DNA of 64,000 bases. It comes from Octopus vulgaris. Lineage: Eukaryota. Below are positions 26,360 through 39,779 of this stretch, in pieces (within the stretch, counting starts at the first letter, position 1; each line of letters starts with the position of its first letter). The translations under genes and the position numbers were made by a program. The stretch lies in the NCBI GenBank assembly GCA_951406725.2, contig OX597826.1, positions 19,530,001 to 19,594,000 on the forward strand. Direction: 5' to 3'. The notes under the pieces are model-generated. The model saw nothing but the letters and a program-made list of their open reading frames with translations. It did not search any database and was not told the origin of the DNA.

Positions 26360-27084
26360 GGCAGTCAGAATTTTAGATAATCTTTTATTGGCACTTTCGT
26401 AATGGTAAAAACTGAACATTTTGTTGTTCATTTATATGAATCGGGTGGTTTTTAGTTTTGCTTAGAAGAGGAGAATATAGTTTTTGTTATTGGGGGAGAG
26501 AGAAAGAAAAGCAAAGTGGGGGAATAGACAGAGAGAGAAGTTTCAGAAAGAGGAGAAAAATAATAAATATGCAATATACAATATACATACAAGACTAAAT
26601 ATGCAATGCTAAAATACAAAGCCAAATATACAATATACGTACAAAACTCATTCACGAGGTTTGCTTAGAGAATAGATTGGATCATAAACATTACCAAATT
26701 ATTAGTATATATCTTTCGACTTTATTTTCCTAATTTATGAATGTTGTACTAATATTTAATGTTTGTTCGTGCTAAACATAGAATTAATAGTATATGGGAC
26801 TTGGCTATAAAAGTGTAAAGGAATATACATTTTCATAGGACTTTGAACTTTGAACACTTTTTTTATTTTTCAGTGATGGCTGCGCTCTCCCACCTCTTTT
26901 TATTTCTTCCATCCTACTTCCTAAGAGTGACACCTTTGAAAGGTCACCAGCCCTTGTGAGAAAATATGTTGATAGGTATACAATGGAAAGAAAAAAGAAA
27001 GGAGAAAGAAAAGCAAAACAATGCTTTGTAATGAAATTTCAATGAATTGACCACATCAAATTGAAAAGAAACTTCTTTCACTAG

Positions 27085-27140
<56 letters not shown>

Positions 27141-27219
27141 ATCTATCTATCTATCTATCTATCTACCCATCCATCCTTTCCCCATCCTTTATTACTATTT
27201 TTTCTCCTCTTTCTCGATT

Positions 27220-27272
<53 letters not shown>

Positions 27273-27541
27273 ATCTATCTATCTATTCCCCCTTTTTGTT
27301 TTTCTTTCTCTCTCCCTCTTTTTCTAAAAATACAAAAACAATATTCTCCCCTTCTAAACAAAGCAAAAAAAAAAGCATCCGATTCATATAAATGAACAAC
27401 GAAACGTTCTGTTTTTACCATTTTGATTTTGTGTTGACGAGTTCGAAAAACGAACGAAAACGCTAATAAAGGATTTCCAAATTCTGACTGCCTCCTTTTT
27501 CTCAATACACCACTTCAAACCCTATATATGTACACCACTTC

Positions 27542-27570
27542 AAAGAAAGGGACTTCATCCTATATTGCTA

Positions 27571-27610
<40 letters not shown>

Positions 27611-27639
27611 TAGCAATATAGGATGAAGTCCCTTTCTTT
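27542..27639. repeat. Perfect 98-bp palindrome with (TA)19 centre
   Basis: AAAGAAAGGGACTTCATCCTATATTGCTAG-(TA)19-CTAGCAATATAGGATGAAGTCCCTTTCTTT. Confidence 0.9.
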
Positions 27640-27933
27640 ACAGAAAAGGAATCCATCAGGAAGCGTGGGCAGTATATTTAAAAAAACCGTTACGGTTGAA
27701 GTATAAACATCATATAATTAAGGGCTGAAGAGGGTTATTCTAAAGCCAATACACTGATTTATCCACTTATAATCCGCTTGCTACAGGAGAATTGAAATTG
27801 AAAACGGGCAACTAACCTTTAGAAAATTTAAATTCCGTTATCTCTATATTGAATCAATTTCGGAATTAATCTTATAAAAAAGATATATTCTTTCTTCAGT
27901 AGAGCTTTCGAAATGCTCTTCAGCCCTTAATTA

Positions 27934-28010
<77 letters not shown>

Positions 28011-28477
28011 AAGAAAAAATTATTAAATAGTGCAATACAGTAAATATTGGTGCATTTTGTACCACTATCCTATATTTATACTTTAACCCGACGGTGCTTT
28101 GTTTTACTGAGAAGCAATACTACAGTATTGCACTATTTAATATTTTTTTTACTGTTTTCAGTCTGTTAACGGCCAGGCGTCCAGACGAGTAATATTGGCA
28201 TTGATTGATGTAGCGACATTTGAAATTTTGTCTAGGTGAATCTAGCAGAAGAGAACTAATCAACTTTATGTTAACAAACGTAATTTGTAAAGTTCGAAAC
28301 TTAGGTCCTACATTATCCACATTTGGGTTGTACACTTATATAATGTTCTTCTTACAGGTAAGACAAAATTTTTTATGGTCGCCGCCCGCAAATATTTTTG
28401 CCAGTGAAGCTTTACGATAGCGTCGTATATTATCGACTGGTATTTCCAGTAAATATTGTGCATTGTTGTACCACTAT

Positions 28478-28521
<44 letters not shown>

Positions 28522-28524
<3 letters not shown>

Positions 28525-28559
28525 TTCTGTTGAAGAGCGTAGGCTCGAAACGTTAAAGA
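28522..28559 (+). ncRNA. Minimal hammerhead ribozyme motif (A6 to U)
   Basis: Stem I TCTTT/AAAGA, CTGTTGA, stem II GAGC-GTAG-GCTC, GAAA, palindromic ACGT stem III, GUU site. Starts a ~140-bp element embedded in (TA)n. Confidence 0.75.
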
Positions 28560-28656
28560 CTTGTTTTATTTATATTTCCTGAGCGCCATACTAATACAAT
28601 TGTTCGTTTGTTTTCCACCTGCCTTCGTCTTTTGTTTATTTTCATAAAGCTTCCCG

Positions 28657-28726
<70 letters not shown>

Positions 28727-28744
28727 GTAAATATAATATGTGAC

Positions 28745-29790
28745 AATTATTCGGTAGCCATAATAAAACTCCGAGTTTCGGATGTCGGGGCGGAAACCCA
28801 CGCCGGCATCTCTTCAGTTATTGGGCCATCGAAAAAATGCTCTGAAAAACAAAGGGAAATTACTGTGTGATTGACCGTTATTAAGACAAAAGCGCTATTA
28901 GAATGACCGCTAAGTGAGGAGAGGGAGTAAAAATGTTCATATTAATCGCGTAAGCGCGCATGTCCATACATACACATGCGCGCTCATACACCCACGTACA
29001 TGCACCTATATGTATATACTCATCCACCTTTACTTGAAACACACATATGCTCACCCACACATTCGCCAAAAAATATATACATACCCACATACACGCTCGC
29101 ACACACACGCGCACACACAAAAAAGGGTTCATACACACGACTATATACGCACAGGCAGAAGAAAAAACAGGGCTAAAGGCAAAAATTCTGAAAAAAGTGT
29201 AAAAAATAAGCAATAGAGTAAAACACGTCTATATACGCACATACTCGCATGCACGCACTCACACGTCTATATACGCACATACCCACATACACCTATATAC
29301 GCACACACACACGTGCACAAAAAAGGTTCATACGTCTATATACGCACATACCGGCACACAACCACACGCGCGCACAAAAAATTACATATACACGTAAAGT
29401 GCAGGGTGGAAGGTAGAATACAGAAAAAATGTGTAAAAATATATGAGTGATAAAACTAAAAAACATTATCTCTATAAATATATGAAAAAAATATATATAT
29501 AAATATATAAAAAAAATATATATATATAAATATATAAGAAATATAAGTAAAACGTACAGAGATAAAGAACTTGTATGTGAACACAATATAGAAAGCAAGT
29601 CCTATCTGTAATCTCGGAGGGACCAAAAACGTAACAAATATTTAGTCACATATGGACATGATCCAAAAAGTTCAGTCCTTGAATTTAGACATGTGGCGGG
29701 GTCTAAGCTGCTTTTCCAGATGAGCCATCTTTCCATATCGCAAAGACCGCACTTTCGTAAGTCCTTTAACACTTTCCATCAGAAACTAAA
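28745..29790 (-). mobile_element. Penelope-like element 3' portion (GIY-YIG C-terminus, TG-rich 3' region, hammerhead)
   Basis: WKVLKDLRKCGLCDMERWLIW...CLNSRTELFGSC matches the PLE CxLCxxE...LNxRxE motif; hammerhead downstream. Confidence 0.8.
28762..28822 (-). ncRNA. Hammerhead ribozyme (intact core)
   Basis: Minus strand: AATAA-CTGAAGA-GATGCCGG..CCGACATC-C-GAAA-CTCGGAG-TT-TTATT. Confidence 0.85.
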
Positions 29791-30724
29791 AAAAGATATC
29801 AATTACATAAAGAGTCCCCCCCCCCAAAAAAATGGCGATAGGTGAACTACGATATAGCAAAGGATTACTCTTTTTTTTATTGATTTACTACAAAAATGAA
29901 TTTCAAAGCAGTGATTAGCATAGGAAACCATATCATTACACCGAATATGAAATCAATTCGAGCAGGAATTGAAGAGATTGAAAATTGGCAGCCAAAACAG
30001 AAAAGATCCCATAAGTATCTTGTCTTTAAGAGAGTGATTTAATTAAAGAACCTCAAAACAGTAACAACAATAATAAATAATAAAGACAATGATTTAGGTT
30101 TAAAAACCAAAATACTAATATTAATAGCAATACAATTAACAGAAACAACACACGTGCAAGCGCACATACCCACGAAGTCATACATACACATACTCGTACA
30201 AAAAAAAAATTCACTCAAAAACACACGTTCAAACACAAAGACAAAAAATAAAGTAAATTGATTTATTCAATAGTTTGCTTCTCCATCCCATTAAGAAGGC
30301 ATTATTTGAGTGAAAAAAAAAAAGATTTAATTCAGAAGACGTATACTTTGGTCACTAGAAAATTAACAAACATAAGTATCACTGATCCACAGACCAGAAG
30401 AAACATAATTTAGTCATAAACGAAAACATCTGTTTAGACTGAATTTTAAAATCAGAAATAAAATAAGTACAGAAAACATGTGAAAAGGTGACTACAAGCG
30501 TTTCAGTGGCGGGAAGCAGCCAGTCATGTGATCGCATTTCCATTTTTATCACATATTTGCTTTTACTAGTCTTCAACAGGAAATCTTATGCATATTTAGT
30601 TACACTTGTATATACGCACATACATATACACATCCTCACACCCACATACTCATAACTACTGTATATAGAAATATGTACATATATGTGTGTGTGTGTGTAT
30701 GTATGTATGTTTGTATGTATATAA

Positions 30725-30784
<60 letters not shown>

Positions 30785-30801
30785 CTCTTTCTTCTGCTGC
30801 T

Positions 30802-33800
30802 ATGGAGAATGAAGCAGACAGAAGGCGATTGTTAGCCAGAGAGAGACAAAGGCGATGAAACGGAAGAGGAAGCAGCAGAGAGGAGGGAAGGTCTAAGAGA
30901 GAGGGAGAGAGAGAAAGACTAAGACTAGAAAATGAAACTGAAGAACAAATGAGAAGAATGGAATACTGAAACGGAAGAACGAAGAAATAATCGAAGGCAG
31001 CGGAATGCGAACGCCATGAGAGTTGTGCGAAGAGTTGGAAATCATGTAAATTTAATAAATAATCATAATTATAATGAAGAGAATGTTCAAGTTCATAACT
31101 GTTGTGACATGAACACGTTGTGTCGGTTTTGTAGAGCCAAACATTTTGCTTCAGAGCGACCATCAGACGGATGCTTTAAAAGTTGCTGCCATAAAGGGAA
31201 AGTCCTGCCTGCAGTTAGAAGAGAATTTCCTCCATACTTACGATCCCTGTTGTCAGACCCTCAACGTCCACATTATGTTAACTTCAAAGAAAATATAAGG
31301 TCATACAACTCTGCTCTATCTGTCGCATCTATGGGTGCTCACATTGATGACCCACAAGGACGAGCTCCATTCTACTTCAGAGTGCATGGCTAAGGTTATC
31401 ACAGGACTTCGCACAGGGCCAACAGACGTAATTTGTGCAACTGTATATTGTTGACAGCGTTCAAGCTACCACAGTGCGGGCTCAGAATGCAGAAAATGAA
31501 AGCTGTATACCTGAGGTGATACACAAATTGGATGAGATTATCGGAGATAACAATGTCTATACTGCATCTTAAAGCACATTACGAGAAGTATAACTGCATG
31601 AGGAGCAGCATGCCCAACAGGAACAGAGGCCTATGTCTGTCGTAAATTTAGTCTTCAACAAGGATCGCATTGCTGATAGGTGGAAATACAATTTACCAAC
31701 AGTTACTGAAATAGCTATGGTCTTCAGCAATACTGACGGTAAGCCACCATTCAACAGAGATTTCAAGGTTTACCCAAGAAACAATGAAGTCCCTGTGATC
31801 AGTCTGAACATTCTTAGCCCCAACCTCAACCCAATGACATATGTATTGTTCTTTCCAAATAAGAAAGCCAGGCTGGCAACCACATATGATTGGTAATAGA
31901 AATAGAACAAACTCAAGGCAAAATGTTACAATGCTCCAACATAAAATATCTGTTGCAGCAGTTAGAGATGGTGAATTCAACCCAGTTATCCATGGAGGCA
32001 AGCTCTTCCAGCAATGAGCAGTAGGCTCTTAGCTGCAAGTCGAAGTTAACAATATAAATTTTGTGAAGAACCATCAACACAGGTTAAAAATAGAACAATA
32101 CCGTGGTCTTGCTGATCATTTACGGAATGCTGCTAATGCTGCAAATGCTCAAGTAGAACGCACAGTTACCTTGCCTTCATCATTTCAAGGTTCTACTTGT
32201 AATATGCATGAGCGCTATCAAGACGCCATGGCTATTGTCCACATTTATGGTTCTACTGATATTTTCCTCACAATAACCTGCAATCCTAATTGGCAAGGAA
32301 TTAAAGAGAAGTTACTTCCAGGCCAAACTTCATCAGATTGACCGGACTTGGTGGCTCGTGTATTCAATATAAAGCTGCACGAACTCTTGAATGATACCAC
32401 TAAGAAATATATATTTGGAAGAGTCACTTCTTACTGCTACACCATTGAATTTCAAAAGAGGGGCTTACCACATGCCCACCTGTTGATCATTTTGCACCTT
32501 GATGATTAAATTGATTGATCCTGAAGGAATTAATCAAATTGTCTGTGCCAAGATGCCGGATCCCGTCATTGAACCCTTACCACATGAAACAGTGAAAAGG
32601 TGCATGATCCATGGGCCCTGTGATGATCTCAACCCTGCATGGAAAATAACGGATGCCTTAAAGAATTTCCAAAGGTGTATCAACAAGAGACACCGATAAA
32701 TAAACACAAACGGTTACCCGTTGTACAGGTGACATCGAGGGGCATTAGTTCGAGTTCACAAATATATCTACAAGGGATATGACTCCATCTATGCTGACAT
32801 CAATGAAACAACTTCAAACAATGAGATTGTGCATGATGAAGTACGCAACAATTTGATACTAGGTATGTGAGTGCTCCTGGAAGTATGTGGCGCCTGTTTG
32901 AGAATAAAATGCATGACAGATCTCATTCAGTTATTCGTCTGCCTGTCCATCTGCCACAAGAGCAACTTATATACTTTGAAGTTTGGTATCTTCTGAATCG
33001 AACAGATGAAAATGCACAGAACTTGCATTATTCGGATATTCCGTTCAGTTATGTCGTCAATAAGCAGACAACTGTATAGAAGCACAACGAGAAGGGGATA
33101 AAGTCATCTCCAGACTGTACACCGTTAGCCCGAAGGATGAGGAACGATTTTACTTGAGACTTTCCTGAAGGGCGAAGTTAGGAGGACATGAAACCGGAAG
33201 ATGGCGTAGTCTGCAACTCATTTAAAGAAGCTGCGCTCTTTAGAAATTTAGTTCAAAATGAAGAATGGCACAGGGAAATAGAAGAAGCGTCCCTTACAGG
33301 TATGCCATTTCAGCTGAGACAATTGTCTGCTCTCATTTGCATCTTCATCACCCCAGCTAACCCTTCGCAGCTGCACCACCAGTTTGAGGAGGAGATGATT
33401 AAGGATTTCACAAGAATTAACACTTGAGAGGTGGCCATCCAAAGAGCGTTAAATGATATTGAGTCAACACTGCGAGTATATGGGTTATGCTGCAGAGATT
33501 TGCATCTTCCAGTCCCAGCTGCAGCAGCCTTTCATGAAGTAACTGCTGAAAAGAACAATGTTGAAGGAGTTGATGTTGAGCGGTGCACTGCATCCTTCAC
33601 TGAGACTCAGCGCCAGGTTAATGAACACATTATTGCAGCCACCAATGACGATGAAAGACAGAGTAGATTCTTTTTCGTCGAAGGCCCTGGAAGTACGGGA
33701 AAGATCTACCTGTACAATACATTGATAGCTTCTCTAAGGAGGCAAAACAAGTATGTCCTTTCCTATGCTACTACAGGCATAGCTGCTAATTTGCTCATCG

Positions 33801-35052
33801 ATGGAAGGTCTGTTCACAGTGGACTCAAGCTACCCGTCCCATTGCATGACAGTTTCACCTCTCACATGAGAATCCGTTCAGAGTCATCTGAAAAATTAAA
33901 GCAGGCTCACCTTTTAATTATTGATGAAGCATCAATGTTATCTTGCTATGCTCCGAGAGCCATTGATCTGCTGCTGGGGCAAATAATGAATTCGCTCAGA
34001 CTATTCGGTGGAAAACTGTTGCTATTTGGCGGAGAATTCAAACAAACTCCACCTGCCATCCCAAGAGGATCCAATCCAGCAGTAATTGAGTCCTCAACTA
34101 AGCAATCTCCTCTCTAGCATTTTGTAACAAAGCTCAGTTTGACAGAAAATATGCGCATGACTGGACAAGATGACTTCAACAGGTGACTCTAAGAGGCTGG
34201 AAATGGAACCCTCTCCAACAATGAAGGGCATGATGAAAACCTCGTAGAAATTCCCCAAAATATGGTATTAGAGAAGTTTTGGGGGAAGAATTATTACTAG
34301 ATAATGACGAGGTAGTTGAAAGAGTGTTATCAACAATCATTTTGACACCTAAAAGCAAAGATTGTCTTCACATAAACACTGACATAATATCATTATTGCA
34401 TGGTGAAGCAACAATCTACAGAAGCGTTCGCATCATTGCTGAGGAAAATAACGAAGTTGTTATACATTATCCACTGGAGTTTTAAAATTCACTGACTCTT
34501 TCTGGGATGCCACCTCATATACTGTCCTTGAAGAGGCATTCGATGGTCATGTTGCTAAGGAACCTGAATCCAGTGAGAGGTTTACTCAATGGGACCCGGA
34601 TCTTAGTGCTGTCCATCAAGGATTTTTTCATTCATGGGAAAATACTTAGTGTAAGTAAGAAAGGGAAGGAAGCCTTTATTCCGCTCATGAACTTCCGTCC
34701 CAGTGAGACAACCCTTCCCTTTAGTATGAATAGATGACAGTTTCCTGTTACCCCGGCATTTGAAATGACTATAAACAAATCACAAAGGCAGAGCTTCAAT
34801 AATGTTGGCATCATCCTGACATCACCAGTATTCAGCCACGGACAACTTTCTGTTGCATTGAGTAGAAGTAGAAACAGTAATAATATTAAAACGTTGGTAA
34901 AGAACCATCCAAAACAAGGCGAACTCATTGATGGGAGGATTTTCACTAGACATATGGTGTTGAAACAGTTATTAACATATAGGTTGTAATCTTTTCATTT
35001 TATTATCCATATAATTTTTATGCCGTCAGTTCTGACGGCACGGGTACACTAG
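30802..35052 (+). mobile_element. Decayed autonomous Helitron (Rep/Helicase)
   Basis: C..C...CC zinc motif, IRSYNSAL, PDLVARVF, IEFQKRGLPHAH Rep motif, GPGSTGK, IIDEASM, MTINKSQ, HGQLSVALSR. 3' hairpin TGCCGTCAG-TT-CTGACGGCA (35021-35040), then CTAG|T. Many stops and frameshifts. Confidence 0.95.
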
Positions 35053-35080
35053 TATACACACACACATATGTATATTTATA

Positions 35081-35109
<29 letters not shown>

Positions 35110-35112
<3 letters not shown>

Positions 35113-35171
35113 ATCAATATAAATATATCATTATACAGGTGTAATTATAATCATGTATGTATGTATGTGTA

Positions 35172-35225
<54 letters not shown>

Positions 35226-35282
35226 CAATATAAATATATCATTATACAGGTGTAATTATAATCATGTATGTATGTATGTGTA

Positions 35283-35290
<8 letters not shown>
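35110..35290 (+). repeat. Tandem duplication (~111-bp period) between (TA)n tracts
   Basis: ATAATCAATATAAATATATCATTATACAGGTGTAATTATAATCATGTATG at 35110 and 35221. Confidence 0.85.
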
Positions 35291-35355
<65 letters not shown>

Positions 35356-36003
35356 CATAAGGAACAGATCCGTTTCCCAAAGCACAGACAGATTCCTGTA
35401 AGTGAACACATAGAGAGATGTGCAGATAATATCCAACCAAACTTCACAGTTTTCCCCGTCTACCAGTGCTAAGAAACAATTTCTGTACAAGAACGTTTAA
35501 ATAAAGAAAATTTATTTACCGAAAAATACCTAACGCGTCTAAATATGAACGCATAACCAGCTTTGGTCCCAGTATGATCACATATCCATCACAGTAAACA
35601 TTCCACATCTCATTTTAACTTTTGGATTTTGTATATTTATTTCCCCCACCCCACCCCGCCCAAAAAACAAAAATTAGTAATTACCTCCCCTGTCCCGATT
35701 ACTAACGATCTCCAATTACTTCCCCTTATATTTTTCTACTTGTTGATTCATTCACAAACTTCCTTCCAAGAATATATACTAAAATCTTCTTAAGAAAATA
35801 CGAAATTACTATAATTTCAATGTCAGGATTATAGAAAGTGAAACCGGTCCACAGACACAATATCTTTCACTTATAAAATATATCAAAAAATATATTAAAA
35901 CTATGTAAAATGTGTACATTTTCCTTCTTTTATTTTATATATATACTTTTTGCATTACAACTCACCACGTGGGGATAGTCGAAATTCTCCTCTCCCCTTT
36001 TCT

Positions 36004-36044
<41 letters not shown>

Positions 36045-36050
<6 letters not shown>

Positions 36051-36630
36051 TTTCTTACTTTGCACCGTTATTTCTATAGCTAAGCCAATCCTGTTTCTTC
36101 TCCCCTCTTTAATTCCTTCCTTTTCTCTCTCTCTCCCTTGGTGCCTTCGTCCCTTTCTTTCTCTCTATCTTTGATTCCTTGCCCCCTGCTTTTCTTCCGT
36201 TCTCTCACGTGACTGCCTTCAAACTGGTCTTTCCAGCTTGACCGCTGCCATGTTAACACTGTTGTCTTCGTTTGCCGCAAAGGCATTTTTCAAATACGCC
36301 AGCCAAGATAAGTTAAGTCGTAAGACACCCGCTGTTTTGTCCTGTTATTACTATTCTTGTTTTTTATTTCTATTTTTTGTTTCTTGTATTTATATTCGTG
36401 TGGCATCCTGTCCTTGTTTCGTATACATTCGATCCTCTTTCCAAGAAATCTAATGCCCGTGGCTTAGTTTTTCTTTGGGGCTGGCCGGATCGGAGCGATA
36501 TCGGGATTAATCAGCCGAAATTGCTAAGATGATCCGGTTCCCGACTGAAGATTAGAGGCTTCGAGTGACCCGTCTGTTTTTTTGTGTCGTCTCTTTGTGT
36601 GTTTTTACGTTCTTGTCCCACTTTGTAATT
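36045..36630 (+). repeat. Dispersed pyrimidine-rich repeat family (other copies ~50450-50905, 56400-56545)
   Basis: Shared TCCAAG(A/G)AATCTAATGC, CAGCCGAAATTGC, GACTGA(A/G)GA, ...TCCCA(C/T)TTTGTA; flanked by (TA)n. Confidence 0.7.
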
Positions 36631-36650
36631 TATAATTTATATTTAATTTC

Positions 36651-36990
<340 letters not shown>

Positions 36991-37510
36991 ATGATGGTTG
37001 CCCCCTCGTTATCTAGTATGGCCATTGCACGAAGCTTAACTGTTATTGGTGCTGTGATCAAATGTGACTTTTTAGCCCAGCTAAAGATCTACAATGTCTT
37101 GTACAGAATTGGCAGCTAAAACCTCTACCGACAATAGCCTGCTGTAGTTGTAACTGGGCTTCATGTACCTTTGCATGTCGTTTAAGTCCTCTTGCCGAAT
37201 TGCACTCTCTTCCACATGCCTGACAGATATGATTAGTATGGTGTTTAACACCACCACCAGTGGCCAGGTTGTCTCTCATCTGTCTCGTTTTATGACTACG
37301 AAGATGACTCTTGAGTCCAGCTTTACTGAGGCAGGGCCTTGCACAGACACTGCATGTCAGCATTACAGGAAGACCCTTCCCATCTGGAAGTGTAACAGCG
37401 ATGCCCTTCCTGACATCCCTCCTTACTTTTTCATGCGCAACTCGAGATTTCTCAAAAGTACCTGTCCCCTCGTGCACAATCCTTCTCCAACTGCTACATA
37501 CAGACAGACA
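36991..37510 (-). mobile_element. RTE LINE 3' end with three C2H2-like zinc fingers
   Basis: SSWRRIVHEG...CSVCARPCLSKAGLKSHLRSH, CQACGREC...H...H, CQFCTRHC...H; (ATGT)n tail. Confidence 0.8.
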
Positions 37511-37559
37511 TGTATGATGGCTGTCGGTTCGTTAAACGAGTATGATCATGGCTGACTAA

Positions 37560-38070
37560 ATAAAGTGTATCATAGCATTACATGTAATGAGAACAGCAAT
37601 GGCTCCTGAATCCTGACAGTGGCTTAAAGAAATTGTTGCAGGTTCATACATTCATACAATTTCCTTTGACTTCTTGGTTGTTCAAGATCATTCTGGTGAT
37701 TTTTCTCTGTGCTTCGATAAACCTGAGCGATTTCTATACGTTTTCTAGCAGAGACAATGCATGTGAGGCTGGCCCCAACCAGAAAGTCGTTGTAGTTTGA
37801 AACAGGTCTTCCTTCACGGCTTCTCTTTAGGCTCCCCAGACCTGAGTGATACGTATGTAGCCACAGATTTCACAGTCTAGATGAGGAACTGTAGGGTCAA
37901 CGGAATTGTATTTTCGTACTGATCTTACGTATAACCACTCGTTTGCATTTCGCTGGAATGTGCTCACTCCGTAATAGACTCTTTCCAGCCTTTCCTATCA
38001 CGTGATATATCTTCCCACTCTTGTTCTGAAATCTCACAGATTCCAAGGAATTCTTTTCATCAAGGGCACA
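37560..38070 (-). mobile_element. Second RTE 3' end with decayed zinc fingers
   Basis: WEDISRDRKGWKESI..GVSTFQ...CEICGY. Confidence 0.6.
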
Positions 38071-38199
38071 TTAAAAGTATCCACATCACCATTTTTATCC
38101 CCCAAAATAGCCAAATCACCGAAGCCAAAAATTACCGCCCAAAAGCCAATGAAAACATTATAAGATGTACACTGGCTGCCTCAATTTGTTTCTGCAGGA

Positions 38200-39108
38200 C
38201 CATTGTGCCATTAACAAAATTGTAACCCCAGAATAAGCTGGAGAAAGAAGGACGTGTGAGGGTGTATTGAGGACCTACAATTTAATAAAATGATACAAGA
38301 GAGAGCAATAGAGAATCGCAAAAACTTGGCTATGAGGTAACTGGACTACGAAAAAGGCTTTGGTAGTATACAACATGGGTGGATCATCAAAGCACTGCAA
38401 TTAACCAAAGTAACATCACTAGTAGCTGCATCCACCACCAAACCAAAAACTGGTATACATCCTTACATCTTAGAGGAGACAATGAAGGCATCAGATTTGA
38501 CACCATACACTACCAAAAAGGCATCCTTCAAGGCGATAGCTTGTGTGTACTACTCTTTGTACTCTTACTCAATTCCCTGCTATACCTAAATCCCAAAGCA
38601 CAGCAACTAGCGGAATGGGTTCAATAACGTCTCTCACATGTTCTCTGTTGATGACCTGAAGTTGCATAGGCCAAATATTAATCACATCAAAAAGCAACTG
38701 GATCTCAGAAACCCGTTCTCCAAAGACACTGGAATGAAATTTAGTGAGTCAAAATGTGCATTTTGGTGATAAAACGTAGCTAACGTGTACCCTCGTCCAA
38801 GACACGAAACATAAACAACCGAGAAATGGAGCCTCTACTCTCTGGGGAAAGTTACAAATATCTTGGACAGGATGAGAATGTCAGCTCTGACGGATCCATC
38901 AATACCAAGAGGATAAAAAAATATGATCATCTAAACTCTCAGCTTACAACAAGCATATGCCCAAAACACCTTTTCAGTGCATGTCATCACGCCTGCATTT
39001 GGCCTTTTAAGCTGATTGCTACAAGAACTCAACGACATAGGTGTTCCAACTCACAAGCTGCTCAGTGTTACAGGAAGCCTCAACATCCGTTGAGATGTAG
39101 ACAGCTTA
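38200..39108 (+). mobile_element. R4/Dong-clade LINE RT fragment
   Basis: LDYEKGF, KGILQGDSL...LF, VDDLKL, GMKFSESKCA, ESYKYLG. Confidence 0.8.
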
Positions 39109-39109
39109 T

Positions 39110-39720
39110 CTGGCAATCAACTGGATAGCGGCTGTTTGCGCATTGGTGTTTCTCTAAGGCTTGACCTCCGGATCTGTGAGCCTTACAAATGCTGCTGCGG
39201 ATTCATTGTGGATTCTTTCAGCCTATTCCCGCTCTTATGCCATCATAGTGCTAGTCGGCCTCTCCGTCATACTGCTCTCAATGAGATCATAAAGCATGAC
39301 CTAGACGCTGCAGGTTTGACCTCCCAGCTCGAGCCAGCGGAGTCGGACAGAGGAGACGGTAAAAAGCCAGATAACATGACAATTTTTCCGTTCCGCAGTG
39401 GTAGGCCCCTCACCTGGGATGCCATATGTTACGACTCCTCTAACGACGGCTTGATGTGTTCGGCTGCCAGCTCAAGATTTGCTAATTGACAAATAGAAAA
39501 GGGCAAATTGTCAAAGTATCGGCCACCCTCGGACAGATTGGTGTTGAACTGGTGGCAGTGGAGACCTCCGACGTTCTTGGCCCCCAGACTACATCCTTAC
39601 TCACTGCTATCAGGGTTGAGATGAGTATCCTCAAGTGCGGGCTCTGTGAGTCGGACTGGCTGTTCCAGTGCGTCTCCTTCGCCATCTGCTAGAACCATGA
39701 GGCGGACTGAGACAAGTCTT
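39110..39720 (+). mobile_element. CRE-clade LINE 3' fragment (CCHC plus restriction-like endonuclease)
   Basis: LRLDLRICEPYKCCCG...RHTALNEII...EP...DGKKPD...WDA. Confidence 0.8.
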
Positions 39721-39779
39721 AAGTCTTTTCGATATAACGTCTATTAGTCTCTTAGATATAATATCTATTAGTGTTTAAG

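Noticed and set aside
27900-27930. Minus-strand CTGAAGAGCATTTCGAAAGCTC as a minimal hammerhead
   Set aside because: No stem I partner; explainable as part of a fold-back.
33431-34117. Host PIF1 helicase gene
   Set aside because: Fused to Rep motifs, intronless, with many stops and a Helitron hairpin-CTAG end.
36510-36575. GAAA...CTGAAGA permuted hammerhead in the dispersed family (also ~50790-50850, ~49760, ~56415)
   Set aside because: Could not build consistent stems II and III around the core.
37058-37477. Host C2H2 zinc-finger gene
   Set aside because: Preceded by the RTE C-terminal WRR..V..G motif and followed by a retrotransposon microsatellite tail.
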